Of a DNA stretch of 64,000 nt, positions 46,773-57,273 are shown in pieces. Origin of the DNA: Candidatus Velthaea sp. GTDB lineage: Bacteria; Vulcanimicrobiota; Vulcanimicrobiia; Vulcanimicrobiales; Vulcanimicrobiaceae. Position 1 is the stretch's first letter. Each line of letters opens with the position of its first letter. The translations under genes were made by a program, and so were the position numbers. Under the pieces are notes generated by a model. That model ran no database searches. It saw only the letters and a program-made list of their open reading frames with translations, and had not been told where the DNA came from. The stretch spans positions 512,001 through 576,000 of the forward strand of contig CBDCCS010000022.1 in NCBI GenBank assembly GCA_965214935.1. The letters run 5' to 3'.

Positions 46773-46856
46773 GATCGGTATGCCCTTCGCGGCGCCTGCG
46801 GCGACTCATGGCCGGTGACAGGCACGGTCACCGTACGCGCGCAAATGCGTGCCGTG

Positions 46857-48026
46857 ATGCGCGTTCTTACAGGTATTGCGACCGGGTTCTTGTTCGGCTA
46901 CGCGGCAGTGCGGCTCCGCACGGCCTGGATCGACCGGCAGACGCCGTTCGCCACCATTGCAACGGCCGATCCCAAGGCCTACGGCGCAGCGCGGCGCGGG
47001 CTTTTGCTGGCCGGAACCGCGCGCGGCATCGCGTCGCTCGTCACGACGTCGTTCGTCATTGCTCCGGCTCTGGAACGCGCGCTCGACGGGTGGCCGCGGC
47101 CCTTACGCGTGCCGGCGTTCGTCGCCGCGCTGACGCTACTCGACGGCTTACGCGATCTATCCGCCGACTATGTCGAAAGCCACCTGATGGAACGAACGTA
47201 CGGAACGTCGGATCAAACGGCACCGGCCTGGGCCGCCGATCACGCGAAAGCCGCCGGAATCGGCCTTGCCGTATCGATGCTCTTGATGTCCGGCGGCGAA
47301 CTGGCGGTACGCAAAGCGCCGCAACGGTGGCCCTGGATCGCCGTCGGCGCCGCTCCGCTCTTACTGACGCTGGCAAATGTTATCGCGCCGACGTTCATCA
47401 TGCCGCTATTCAACACGTATACGCCGTTGCAAGGCGAACTCGAGCGGCGCATCCGCGAACTTGCGGCCCGGTACGGTGCCGGCGATGCTTCGATCTTGCG
47501 CTTCGATATGAGCCGCCAAACTAAGAAAGCCAACGCATTCGTTACCGGAGTTTTCGGTACGAAGCGCATCGTGCTCGCCGATACGCTCATTGAAAAGTTC
47601 GCCGACGATGAAACGCTCTTCGTCGTCGCACACGAACTCGGTCACTACGTTCGGCGCGACCCGTGGCTCTCGATCGCGCTGGGCACGGCCTTCATCGCCG
47701 CCACCATCGGCGCGGGCAACGTCGCATTGCGGCGTGCCGGACGGCGGTTGGAAACGCTCACCGACGGCACGCGCTTCGCATTATACACGACGCTCTTCTC
47801 AACGCTCGGATCGCCGTTGCTCGCCGCCTTGTCGCGGGCCGTCGAACGCCGCGCCGACCGGTTTGCGATTGCCGCGACGCACGACCCGCAGAGCGGAGCG
47901 CGCGCGTTTCGGCGCTTGCGCGAACAAAATTTAGCCGAAGACGAGCAGCCGAAATGGGCCGAGCTGCTCTTTTCCTCGCATCCTTCACTCAAAAGCCGGA
48001 TCGAGCGGCTCGAGGCTGCGACCTGA
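46857..48026 (+). CDS. M48 (Ste24-like) membrane metallopeptidase
   Basis: ANAFVTG, RIVL.DTL, AHELGH, ERRAD and SHP motifs. Confidence 0.9.
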   Translation: MRVLTGIATGFLFGYAAVRLRTAWIDRQTPFATIATADPKAYGAARRGLLLAGTARGIASLVTTSFVIAPALERALDGWPRPLRVPAFVAALTLLDGLRDLSADYVESHLMERTYGTSDQTAPAWAADHAKAAGIGLAVSMLLMSGGELAVRKAPQRWPWIAVGAAPLLLTLANVIAPTFIMPLFNTYTPLQGELERRIRELAARYGAGDASILRFDMSRQTKKANAFVTGVFGTKRIVLADTLIEKFADDETLFVVAHELGHYVRRDPWLSIALGTAFIAATIGAGNVALRRAGRRLETLTDGTRFALYTTLFSTLGSPLLAALSRAVERRADRFAIAATHDPQSGARAFRRLREQNLAEDEQPKWAELLFSSHPSLKSRIERLEAAT

Positions 48027-48701
48027 GCTCCGGTCGAGCCAGCCGACCAGCGGCGCCGTCGCGCGCATTGCAGCGAGCAGCACGGCAATCGGATTAGCGC
48101 CGGTTAATTCACGGTCGGTCAGAGCGCGGCGCGCGATGAAACGCCGTGCACGGATAAATTCGCCCCGCGGATGATCCGCGTCGAAGCCGCGCGGCATGCG
48201 CACCAGCGGATCGGTATCGAGCGGCAGATACGGGCCGAGCGCTTTACTCGCCAGCAACCGCGTGAAGTGCGAATCGTCGTCGCCGACACGGCGTCGCAGA
48301 TCCGCTAACACGGGTTTTTGCGGGAGATAGATGCCTGCGGCGAACAAGCTCTTGCCACCGGGCTCGAGCGAAATGTAATAACCGGGCGTCATTCCGCGCC
48401 GGCCGTTTGCGGACATAAATGCCGACAGCGCCGTTTTATACGGGGTCTTATCGTGTCCGAAGCGCGTGTCGCGGTAAATACGAAACGTGCACTCACGCGG
48501 CTCGACGCGCGCAAAGCGTTCGTCGAGTGTTACCGCCGCAATCAGCAATGCGGCGACGAATTCCTCGAATTGCGGTTTGATCGCCGCATCGTAAGCCGCT
48601 CGATGGTCGGCAAACCAAGCACGATCGTTGTTTTTTGCAAGCGCGCGCAGAAACGTAAAGGCCGCCGGAACATCGAGCGGCGACGCTGGGACGCGGCTCA
48701 C
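47985..48701 (-). CDS. DUF2461 family protein
   Basis: FL..L..NNDR.WF, FRIYRDTRF..DKTPYK and PRGF motifs. Confidence 0.85.
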   Translation of the reverse strand: MSRVPASPLDVPAAFTFLRALAKNNDRAWFADHRAAYDAAIKPQFEEFVAALLIAAVTLDERFARVEPRECTFRIYRDTRFGHDKTPYKTALSAFMSANGRRGMTPGYYISLEPGGKSLFAAGIYLPQKPVLADLRRRVGDDDSHFTRLLASKALGPYLPLDTDPLVRMPRGFDADHPRGEFIRARRFIARRALTDRELTGANPIAVLLAAMRATAPLVGWLDRSSGRSLEPLDPAFE

Positions 48702-48795
48702 GTTGCGCCGTTGCGCGAGCCGGTAAGCTGCTGTAACGGGAGAGTCATTTCGGCCGATTCGCTTTGGACGGTCGTTCGGCGGGAATCGACCGCGC

Positions 48796-49008
48796 ATGCG
48801 TTACAAATCGATTTTCTCAATATCATTCGATGCCGACGACGATGCAGCCGCAGCGAAAGTCGCTCACATGCATCACGAGCAAGTTCGTGAAGATTTGCAA
48901 ATCGAAGGCGCCGACCATCCGTTTGAGATTACGCTCGAAGAATTGCTTGAAATCAAATCGTCGGCCACCCGTTCGGTGCTGGCGGGACCCACGAAGCGGA
49001 CGATTTAA
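48796..49008 (+). CDS. Small hypothetical protein
   Basis: 70-aa ORF with natural composition that fills the gap between two minus-strand genes. Confidence 0.5.
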   Translation: MRYKSIFSISFDADDDAAAAKVAHMHHEQVREDLQIEGADHPFEITLEELLEIKSSATRSVLAGPTKRTI

Positions 49009-50495
49009 CGTTGCCCGGCACTCACGACCGGCGACGGTCGTGCGCCTAACCACGTCGCCAGATCGGTTTTTTCCTCGCCGCGAGGAGCGTCGTCGCGAAG
49101 CTCGCGCCGTAACTCACCGAACGATCCGAAGGCCTCGGCGAATGCATCGTGTTTATGTATCGACTCATAATTAATTTGCGTTGCGGAAATGAATGTTTCG
49201 TCGGGAAAATCCGCATAAACGTCGAGTGCGCGAGCTAAGATTCCGCGCACCACGTCTTCGACGAACTTCGGATTGTGATGTGCTTTGTTGACGATATAGA
49301 ACTCGTCGGGCCGCTTGAGCAGGTCGTACGTTTCGCTCGACATCGAAGCTTCGACGATCTCGACGAGATCTTCGGCTCTCAAATCCGGCTGTTTGTCGGG
49401 CGTCGTGCCGACGAGGACCGAACCGCGTCCGCGTTGATTGTGCGTCGCGACCGGCAGCGCATCGAGCGCGCGTTTGGCGTCGGCTGCGCTAAAACCGACA
49501 TCGATGAGTTCGCGCATCGAATGTTCGCGCACCATCAATTGCGCGCACGGACAAGCCGTCATCCCTTCGGCTTCGACGCCGACAACACGGCGCGTGCCGC
49601 GCGCATCGGCATGCGCGATACCGACGAGCGTGTACATCTCTTGGGTTCGTTTACCGCTGACCGGCGTCCAGCGCTCGAGCCCGAAATCCGCGCGCAAACG
49701 CACGTCGGCGCGTAAGGCGCCTTGCGAACCGACGATCTCGCGAGCGATGCGTTCGACCAAGTCTTCCATGCGCGACGGTTGATCGGCGCGCGCTAGAACA
49801 TCGAGGGTCGCAGCCTCGAGCAATTCGGAAAAACGCGACATGTGAACGCCGGATTTATCGGCGCTAAGATCGGCGACCATCGTGAAATCGCCGTTGAAAA
49901 GCCGTTCGGCGCCGTCGATGTTGAGCCGAATGATGTGCTTGACGGACGATACGCCGACGCGATTGAGCGATAGCCGCACGTCCGGTTCTTCTTCTTGCCG
50001 GTTCGCGAAGAAGTGCATCGCACGCTGCTTCTTCGCGATGCCCGACGACGGCGACGCAGCGGCAAGCGCGGCAATCGACCGGTGCAAGCGCGGATCGACG
50101 AGGTCGCCGGCAATTTCAGCCAGCGGAATGAGGTTGAACGGCCGTTCGGCGATATGCGGATACGGTATCTCGAAGCGCCCGAAGTCGGCGACGACATCGT
50201 CAAAATACAGGATGTCGATGTCGATCGGACGTGCACCGAGTTCGTGCGTGCGCTGCCGGCCCACTGCGACTTCGACGCTGCGCAGAGCCGACTCGAACGG
50301 TTGCGGCTCGAGCCTCGTCGTCAGCCTTGCGGCGATGTTGAGAAAGGCCGGACCGGCAACGCCGACCGGCGGCGTCTCGTAGTACGACGATACGGTGTGA
50401 ATCTCGGCGAACGAACGCAATTTCTGCAAGGCTTGTAAGATCGAACTCTGACGGTCTCCGAGGTTCGAGCCGGCGCCGATGTAAACCGTGTGCAT
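49005..50495 (-). CDS. FolK (HPPK) fused to a FolE2/MptA-type GTP cyclohydrolase
   Basis: N-terminal G.GSNLGDR, YET.P and IDIDIL; C-terminal GVHMSRF, GMTACPCAQ, THNQRG, LKRPDE, FVED.VR and ESIH.HDA. Confidence 0.88.
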   Translation of the reverse strand: MHTVYIGAGSNLGDRQSSILQALQKLRSFAEIHTVSSYYETPPVGVAGPAFLNIAARLTTRLEPQPFESALRSVEVAVGRQRTHELGARPIDIDILYFDDVVADFGRFEIPYPHIAERPFNLIPLAEIAGDLVDPRLHRSIAALAAASPSSGIAKKQRAMHFFANRQEEEPDVRLSLNRVGVSSVKHIIRLNIDGAERLFNGDFTMVADLSADKSGVHMSRFSELLEAATLDVLARADQPSRMEDLVERIAREIVGSQGALRADVRLRADFGLERWTPVSGKRTQEMYTLVGIAHADARGTRRVVGVEAEGMTACPCAQLMVREHSMRELIDVGFSAADAKRALDALPVATHNQRGRGSVLVGTTPDKQPDLRAEDLVEIVEASMSSETYDLLKRPDEFYIVNKAHHNPKFVEDVVRGILARALDVYADFPDETFISATQINYESIHKHDAFAEAFGSFGELRRELRDDAPRGEEKTDLATWLGARPSPVVSAGQR

Positions 50496-50503
50496 GCTTG
50501 CAT

Positions 50504-51748
50504 TCAGACCGCATCGTTCGGCACGGAGTTGCCCGTCACGGGCGTGCCGGGCATGCGTTGGGCGAATGCCAGACGTGCCCGGCGTTGCGGATTCACCGCG
50601 GCGTACATCCGCGCCAGCGCGACTGTTTCAGCCACGTCGTGCACGCGCAGTAGGCGCGCGCCGGCGGCGATGCCGAGGCCGGCAGTCGCCAGCGACGGCA
50701 CCAGCAACGCTTGCGCCGGGCGATTGAAAAGCCGCCCGATGAAGCTCTTGCGCGAACTTGCAAATAGGATCGGGAATCCGAGTGCGGTGAGTTCGCTGAA
50801 CCGGTCGAGTATCTCTAAATCGGTCGCCGGTTCCTTACCGAACTCGAGACCCGGGTCGATTGCGATCGATTCGCGAGCGACGCCGGCGGCCAGCGCAAGT
50901 TCGATCCGCTCGTGCAAGAACTCGACGATCTCGCCGAGTGCGTCCGCGTACACGTACGTGCTTGCGGATCGGACGTTGAGTTCGCCCTTGAGATGCATGA
51001 TGACCAGACCCGCACCGTAACCTGCAACGACGCCCGCGAGCGCCGGATCCGCCAGGCCGCTACAGTCGTTGATGAGATCGGCACCGGCGTCGAGCGACGC
51101 TCGGGCGACCTCGGCTTTGGAGGTATCGACCGATACCGCGAGGCCCAAGCCCGCCGCAACGACGGCACGGACGGCCGGAACGACCCGGCGGCTTTCCTCT
51201 TCGGCTGCAATGCGGGGGTTCCAATGGGCGTACGATTGGCCGCCGATATCCACGAGCGCAGCGCCGTCGGCCGCCATTACACTCGTGCGTGCGACGACGT
51301 CGCCGATGTCGTTCGCCCGCTCGTAGAACGAGTCGGGCGTAACGTTCACGATGCCCATGACCGCCGCTTCCGCCGCGAGGTCGAGCGTCCGGCTCCGCAG
51401 CCGCAACCGGACCGGCAGCGTACGCGCATCGCCGGCAGCGTGCGCGAGTGCGGCGATCTCCGCACCGGCATCCGGCAAGGCCGCCGCGGCACGTGTCAAT
51501 TGCTCGGGGGTCGCCACCGTTGCGACGAAGCTGCCGGCAGCGACCGCCGTCGCTCCCGCCGCGCGCAGCGCGGCAACGAGCGCATTGCTTTTCGCGATGT
51601 CGCCGGTCTCGAGCGCGGCAATCGGTGCGCAGTGACGGGCAAGTAACCGGGCAGCGTCGTCGGAGCCGAAGTGCTCGGCAAGCCGGACCGCGAGTCCGGC
51701 TTCGTTCGTCGCGCTTAAAATGCGACCGAGAAGCGGGAAGCGGCTCAA
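50504..51748 (-). CDS. folP: Dihydropteroate synthase with N-terminal extension
   Basis: MGIVNVTPDSF, SVDT, INDCSG, IMH, DPG..FGK, SRKSF and RVHDV motifs. Confidence 0.85.
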   Translation of the reverse strand: MSRFPLLGRILSATNEAGLAVRLAEHFGSDDAARLLARHCAPIAALETGDIAKSNALVAALRAAGATAVAAGSFVATVATPEQLTRAAAALPDAGAEIAALAHAAGDARTLPVRLRLRSRTLDLAAEAAVMGIVNVTPDSFYERANDIGDVVARTSVMAADGAALVDIGGQSYAHWNPRIAAEEESRRVVPAVRAVVAAGLGLAVSVDTSKAEVARASLDAGADLINDCSGLADPALAGVVAGYGAGLVIMHLKGELNVRSASTYVYADALGEIVEFLHERIELALAAGVARESIAIDPGLEFGKEPATDLEILDRFSELTALGFPILFASSRKSFIGRLFNRPAQALLVPSLATAGLGIAAGARLLRVHDVAETVALARMYAAVNPQRRARLAFAQRMPGTPVTGNSVPNDAV

Positions 51749-51851
51749 CGTTCGGACGGCGCGGTCATCGAACGAGGCCTTTGCAACGGCTCGCCGGTCA
51801 CACCTCTGCGGCTCGCTTCAGGCGTCGCCGAAAATCGCCGATGACTTGAAG

Positions 51852-52838
51852 ATGACCACCCAAGCAGGCCTCGTCGGCACCGGCATTCAGCCGCTCATTG
51901 ACGTCGTGAAGGCATCGGGCGCCGACCCGGGCGATTTACGCGCCGTCGTTTGGCAGGCGACCTGGGCTCGCGGCTATGAGGACGTCGTTGCTCCGGTACC
52001 GGCGTTGCGGCTTAAAGAAGAGGGCTTCGTCGTTTACGCGCGCCGGATCGGTGCCGACAAGTATGCTGCCATCGTCGACACCGCCCATGCGCTCTGGGCG
52101 CTCGTCGCCACGGGCGACCTGCCGCCGGCGGGGGCACGCGTCCGGGTCGTACCGGCTTTCGGGCGGACCGAAGCCGGCTGGGACGTGACGGTGCTCGAAA
52201 CGCTTGGAATCGGATTGACGGTCCGCTTCGGCGGACGTAACGGCGAAACACACAGCTGGGCCGAGCACGTGCGCACGGCGCTCAACCGGATCGTCGACGC
52301 CGAGGCCGACCGCCGCAAAGCAATCGTCGCCGAACGCCGCAACTTCGTCGCAGCCGACCTCATTCTGCCTTTCCGCGAAGAGATCGATGCGCTGCACGAG
52401 CAGATTCGCGTGCGCACGGAAGCCGAGACGGCGGCAACTCCGCAAGAACGCGCGGCGTACGAACGCGGCAATGAAAAACAGCGTAAGGCAATCATCGAGG
52501 ACTGCAAAGTCCGTCGCATCAACCGCTATCAAGAAGAAGTCAAAGCGCTGCGCGCCCGCATCCCCGAATTACAAACCGCCTACGACAAGCGAGTGGCCGC
52601 GAACGCGGAGGTCCGTGCCGCAGTGAGCGAGCTCGAAGATGCCGCATTGCGCAGCCGCTGCGTCTCGGAACGCATCGGAACGGTCGAGAAGCAGCTGACG
52701 GCTATCGAAGCATCGAACTTGCTCGTGACCGGCGATGCCGAACGTCTCGAAGCGCTGACTTCGCGTGATTTCGAGGAGATCGCACAGACGGTCGAATTAC
52801 TGCACGACCTCATTCCGCGACGCGTGCAAAAGCGCTAG
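51852..52838 (+). CDS. Hypothetical protein with long C-terminal coiled coil
   Basis: Long ORF; E/R/A/K-rich heptad-like C-terminal half. Confidence 0.65.
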   Translation: MTTQAGLVGTGIQPLIDVVKASGADPGDLRAVVWQATWARGYEDVVAPVPALRLKEEGFVVYARRIGADKYAAIVDTAHALWALVATGDLPPAGARVRVVPAFGRTEAGWDVTVLETLGIGLTVRFGGRNGETHSWAEHVRTALNRIVDAEADRRKAIVAERRNFVAADLILPFREEIDALHEQIRVRTEAETAATPQERAAYERGNEKQRKAIIEDCKVRRINRYQEEVKALRARIPELQTAYDKRVAANAEVRAAVSELEDAALRSRCVSERIGTVEKQLTAIEASNLLVTGDAERLEALTSRDFEEIAQTVELLHDLIPRRVQKR

Positions 52839-55573
52839 AGCGGCCGCACCGTCTGCGGGGCAAGCGTTCCCGCGATTCGCGAGCGCAAGTCGTCCAGATG
52901 CGCCTGTGTCGCGGCATCATGCGAGCGCGCCGCATCGATGCGGTGTGCGAGTGAAACGAGCGAAGCTCGCGCCAGTGCTTGTGCCTCGCGCGGCAGACTT
53001 AGTGAGTCCAGTACGAAGCCGGGCAGCAAGGCAATTGCCATTTCGAGGTCGGCGAAGCGCCGCTGCAACTCGCGATGCGTCGGTGCGATCCGGCGCGAAT
53101 GCAGGTCGTCGAACACCGCGCCGTTCGTCCAGGCGAATAAGTCGCTAAGCGTCATCGTATCGCCGGCTTTGCTGACTTTGAGCGATTGATCGGCGATGCG
53201 GGCGAGATTCGGCGCGGAAAACATCGAACCGATCGCATCGTCCTGAATTTCGGCGACGACTTCGCGCAACGGGAAATCCGGTCGCCGCAGGTCGCCCGAA
53301 TCCCAATGGAAACCGAAGCGCGTCGCGCTGAGTTCGTTGAGCAATCCCGGCGAATAGCGGAACGCTGCCGATGAAAAGACGTAGCGGTCGATCAAGTCGA
53401 ACGCGCGATGCGCTTGGCTTCGGCTGATCGAGACGAACGGCGGAGCCGATCCGGCTTGGCCGCGATGCGCGCGTGACGTGTAGATTCCGCCGATGTAGCG
53501 TGCGGCCAGGTCGACTGCCGACAACTCGTTATTGAGGATTGTCACGAGCGACGCCCGAATTTCCGGATACGAACGCCGATCGCCGGGATACGGCCGGTCG
53601 AGCGTCTTGGCCAGCAATTCATCGAGCCCGAGTTGTTCGCGGTCGTACCCGAGCGGGTCGCTCGATAAATCGAAGCGCGCGATGTGCGGATCGATGGCAA
53701 CCGGCTCGAGTGCATCTTCATCGGTACCGTACGCAAAGCCGGGTCGCGTCGAGCGCGCGGCGATCGCGCGCAAGAACGGAACCTCTTGCGCCGAGGTCGA
53801 GCTGCCGCGGAACGTCGTGTAGCCGTACGCGATCGCCCAGTAGTCATACGGTCCGAGGCGCGTCGGAAAATAATCGGCTTGACGCTGTCCGGGCGCCGCG
53901 ATGTTCGCCGGCGTGTAATCCATGACCGACGCCGTCGTACCGTGCAGGCGGGTAAAGCGCGGATCGTGCAACTGCGCTCGGGTGTACGCCGTCGAGCCCT
54001 CGAAATTGTGGCGCAATCCCAGGGTATGGCCGACTTCATGCATGACCGTCGAATACAGCCAGCTTTGGGCGTAACGTTCGCGATCCGCAGCGCTGCCGTG
54101 GCCGTGCATCGCGAGGAGCATCGTCCCGAGCGCGGCTTGCGCTTGCGCTTGTCCGGCGAACTCACATAATGCCTCGCTTTGCGGCGCCGGCTCGACCGGC
54201 GCAAGCGCGGCTGCAATGCGATGCAGCGGAACGATCGTATCGATATAGCCGCGTTTGATCGTGCGTAGCGACTCGCCGTCGATCACGACGGTAGCCCGGA
54301 TGATCTGCCCGTCGCGCGGATCGACAACCGACGGTGAATACGCTGAGAAATCCGGCCGATCCGACGTGATCCAGCGAACGGCCGTGTAACGTGCATCGTC
54401 GGGGTCCCATGCCGGATCGCTGGGCTGCTCCTTTACCTCGATCGGTGCGCGTTGTCCGATGCGCGTGAACGCATCGTTCCAAGCTAAAATACCGCGCCGG
54501 ATCGTTGCGCGATACTGCAGCGGAATCTCGTCGGTGAGATAATACGTGATCGGCGCGCGGTGCAGATTCCAACGCTCGATGAAGCGCTCGAACGGCGTTG
54601 CGAGCGAATCGTCGTCGTAGCGTTTACGCGCGGTTATAAAATAACCAACACGATCGTCGGCGTAACGCGCAACGAACGCGGCATCCGGCTCGGGCGGAGC
54701 GACGATGCTATAGTGCACGACGAGCGGGATGCCGCGACCGTCGGGCACGGTCGGCAGCGCGTTGGGCGGGCCGCTGAACGTGAGATTGACGGCAATCTCA
54801 TCGTTGCGCGGAAAGCCCTTCACGCGACCGTAATACGATTTACTTGCATCGATCGAAAACGACGGATGGGCGCCCAAAACGAGCAGCCCGGCAACCGGCG
54901 GCGCCGCGCCCGACCGGCCGAGATCGGCGCCGATACCTTCAAAATCGGTCAAAAAGATCGACGGCGCGATGACGACGCGCCCCGTCGCAGCGTCTTCGGC
55001 AACGATGGGACTGCTGACCAACACCGAATCGGCGACGCTGATCCGTAACGATTTGGCTTGGGCGCTACCATTCGCCGCGACGTAACGCGTGTTGGGACTC
55101 AACCACAGCACGCGCTTACCGACGCGTTTGAACGTCACGAGAAACGGCTCGTATACGCGACCGGCAAAGACGCCGCTACCCACGCCGCTGGCCAGCGACG
55201 GCGCGATAATGTACGTGCGCTCGAAGTTCTCGGGGGCGAGATCCAGGTAGATTTCATCGTCCTTGCGGACAATATCGATCACGCCCGCGATGCGCTCGGC
55301 AGCGTGCACGAATGCTGCGTAACTCTGCGTCGGGGACGCCGCTGCAGGTAACGAGATCGAGACCGGCACGCTGAGCGGCGCGGTTACGCCCGATGCCGCC
55401 GGAGCCGGACTAGGTTCGGCCGCCGGCGACGCCGCGGGCAGCGGCGGCGAGCTCGGCTTCGCGCTCGCAGCCGGCGCTGCGACGGCATCCGGTCGCGGCA
55501 GCGTTTGCCCCTGAGCGCAGGCAAACGCCATTGCAAACGCAGCAACGGCGCACAGCAGGAGACGGTACGGCAT
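52835..55573 (-). CDS. Secreted zinc metalloprotease (DUF5117/DUF4953 metzincin)
   Basis: Signal peptide; R.ADDRVGYF, HEVGHTLGLRHNF, SVMDY and GPYD.WAI.YGY motifs. Confidence 0.9.
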   Translation of the reverse strand: MPYRLLLCAVAAFAMAFACAQGQTLPRPDAVAAPAASAKPSSPPLPAASPAAEPSPAPAASGVTAPLSVPVSISLPAAASPTQSYAAFVHAAERIAGVIDIVRKDDEIYLDLAPENFERTYIIAPSLASGVGSGVFAGRVYEPFLVTFKRVGKRVLWLSPNTRYVAANGSAQAKSLRISVADSVLVSSPIVAEDAATGRVVIAPSIFLTDFEGIGADLGRSGAAPPVAGLLVLGAHPSFSIDASKSYYGRVKGFPRNDEIAVNLTFSGPPNALPTVPDGRGIPLVVHYSIVAPPEPDAAFVARYADDRVGYFITARKRYDDDSLATPFERFIERWNLHRAPITYYLTDEIPLQYRATIRRGILAWNDAFTRIGQRAPIEVKEQPSDPAWDPDDARYTAVRWITSDRPDFSAYSPSVVDPRDGQIIRATVVIDGESLRTIKRGYIDTIVPLHRIAAALAPVEPAPQSEALCEFAGQAQAQAALGTMLLAMHGHGSAADRERYAQSWLYSTVMHEVGHTLGLRHNFEGSTAYTRAQLHDPRFTRLHGTTASVMDYTPANIAAPGQRQADYFPTRLGPYDYWAIAYGYTTFRGSSTSAQEVPFLRAIAARSTRPGFAYGTDEDALEPVAIDPHIARFDLSSDPLGYDREQLGLDELLAKTLDRPYPGDRRSYPEIRASLVTILNNELSAVDLAARYIGGIYTSRAHRGQAGSAPPFVSISRSQAHRAFDLIDRYVFSSAAFRYSPGLLNELSATRFGFHWDSGDLRRPDFPLREVVAEIQDDAIGSMFSAPNLARIADQSLKVSKAGDTMTLSDLFAWTNGAVFDDLHSRRIAPTHRELQRRFADLEMAIALLPGFVLDSLSLPREAQALARASLVSLAHRIDAARSHDAATQAHLDDLRSRIAGTLAPQTVRPL

Positions 55574-55626
55574 AAATCGGGCTTCAATAGCAGCACTCTT
55601 TGCGCCCGCCGTTGAACGAGTAAAGC

Positions 55627-56307
55627 GTGTTGGAAACGGCGCGCCGCGGGCGCTTGGCAGAATACGCCTACGACTATACAAAGCGGATGCTGTTCGACGG
55701 GCGCCTTGCGCCGGGAGCAAAATTACGCGTTGAGGATGTTGTGGCGTCGCTGCAAACCAGCCGTCAGCCGGTTATGGACGCCTTCAAACGACTGGCTTCC
55801 GAAGGTTACCTTGAGATAACCCCGCAGGTCGGCTGCCGGGTGATCGTCCCGAATCCGGCCGAGATCGCCGATTTCTTCCTGATCCTGGGCGCCGTGCAAG
55901 GTCTGGCGGCCGAAATTGCCGCCGAACGGCACACGCCCGACGAAATTGCAACGCTCGCAGCAATCACCGATCAAATCGAAGCGCTGGCCGATAAGGCGAT
56001 GTCGATTGAAATCGCGCGCACGTATCACGCCTTCGAATATGCGTTTCAAGAACGTTTACGCGCGATGGCGCATTCGCATGCCGTCACGCCGGTCGCCATG
56101 CGTCTGCTCGACCGGCGCGAATTCTACACGACCTGCGTCGCCGACGGCGAAACGACCTACGCACTGCAAATTCGCGACGCCCAGCCGGCGCATCGCGCGA
56201 TCGTCGATGCAATCGCAGCGCGAGACGCCGGACGGGCGCGCGCGCAGGCCGAGGTGCTGGTTCGCCGGCTCGGCCGCTTAACAACCGGCGCTCCGGTCCA
56301 ACCCTAA
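55627..56307 (+). CDS. GntR (FadR/FCD) family regulator
   Basis: L.PG.KL...SRQPV.DA..RL..EG winged HTH followed by an FCD domain. Confidence 0.88.
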   Translation: MLETARRGRLAEYAYDYTKRMLFDGRLAPGAKLRVEDVVASLQTSRQPVMDAFKRLASEGYLEITPQVGCRVIVPNPAEIADFFLILGAVQGLAAEIAAERHTPDEIATLAAITDQIEALADKAMSIEIARTYHAFEYAFQERLRAMAHSHAVTPVAMRLLDRREFYTTCVADGETTYALQIRDAQPAHRAIVDAIAARDAGRARAQAEVLVRRLGRLTTGAPVQP

Positions 56308-56328
56308 AAGCGTTGGCCCCGAGCGGCG

Positions 56329-57273
56329 TTACGCCGCTCGGGAATCAACATACGTTAGCCAAGACGCGCCGTTCGGGGCCACTGCTTCACCACGAACGAC
56401 CGCCGCGTATGCCGTGCGTAAGCGGGTCGTGACCGGACCTTCGGGCATTACCCGCTCCTCGAAGCGCGTGATTGGAACGACTTCGGCGGCGGTGCCGGTA
56501 AAGAACGCCTCGTCGGCTTGGACGAGATCGTCAAGGTGCAGCGGCCGAACATCGACGGTCAAGCCTGCGGCACGCGCGAGCGTGATGACGGAGTCGCGTG
56601 TAATGCCCGGCAAGATATCGGCTTCGCGATCGTTCGTTACGAGCGTTCCGGACTTGACGACAAAAACGTTTTCGCCGCTGCCTTCGGCAACTTGACCGCG
56701 GTCGTTCAAGAGGATCGCCTCGTCGAATCCGCGCCGGTTGACCTCGTGCAGCGCGCGAATGGAGTTGGTATAATGGCCGCCGGCTTTAACGTGGGACGGC
56801 AATGCGGCGGACGGCGTCTTCATCACCGTTGAGACAGCCGCGCTGTAATGCGCTTGTCCCGGCCGCAAACCGCTGAACGGCAGCACCGCAATGAGAACGT
56901 TCGTTTCACACACGGTCTCGGGCGCCAGCCGCACGGTATCGCCGCTGTAAAACGCCAACGGACGCACGTACGCCGCATCGCGACCGCTTGCCGCAACCGT
57001 GCGGGCGATATACGTGCAGAGCTCGTCGCCAGTCATCGGCATCGTCATGCCGTAGGCAGCTGCGCCGTGCATGAGCCGCATGACGTGATCGCGCAATCGG
57101 AAAATCGCCGCACCACGCGCCGTCGGATACACGCGAATACCCTCGAATACCGATGAACCGTAATGCAACGCGTGCGTCAAGGCGTGCAAACCGATCGCCG
57201 ACGAGGGCGCGATCGTACCCTCATACCACACGGTCACGGCGTCGGCGAGATCGGGTGCGGGTCGCAGCATCAA
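56329..57273 (-). CDS. ilvE: Branched-chain amino acid aminotransferase (class IV)
   Basis: ALHYGSSVFEG, K.GG.Y, EGSGEN.F, ILPGITR and TGTAAEV motifs. Confidence 0.9.
   Translation of the reverse strand: MMLRPAPDLADAVTVWYEGTIAPSSAIGLHALTHALHYGSSVFEGIRVYPTARGAAIFRLRDHVMRLMHGAAAYGMTMPMTGDELCTYIARTVAASGRDAAYVRPLAFYSGDTVRLAPETVCETNVLIAVLPFSGLRPGQAHYSAAVSTVMKTPSAALPSHVKAGGHYTNSIRALHEVNRRGFDEAILLNDRGQVAEGSGENVFVVKSGTLVTNDREADILPGITRDSVITLARAAGLTVDVRPLHLDDLVQADEAFFTGTAAEVVPITRFEERVMPEGPVTTRLRTAYAAVVRGEAVAPNGASWLTYVDSRAA

Noticed and set aside
46813..46831. GGTGA...TCACC palindrome between the amidohydrolase and M48 genes
   Set aside because: The spacer is 9 bp rather than 6, so it is not a Crp box.
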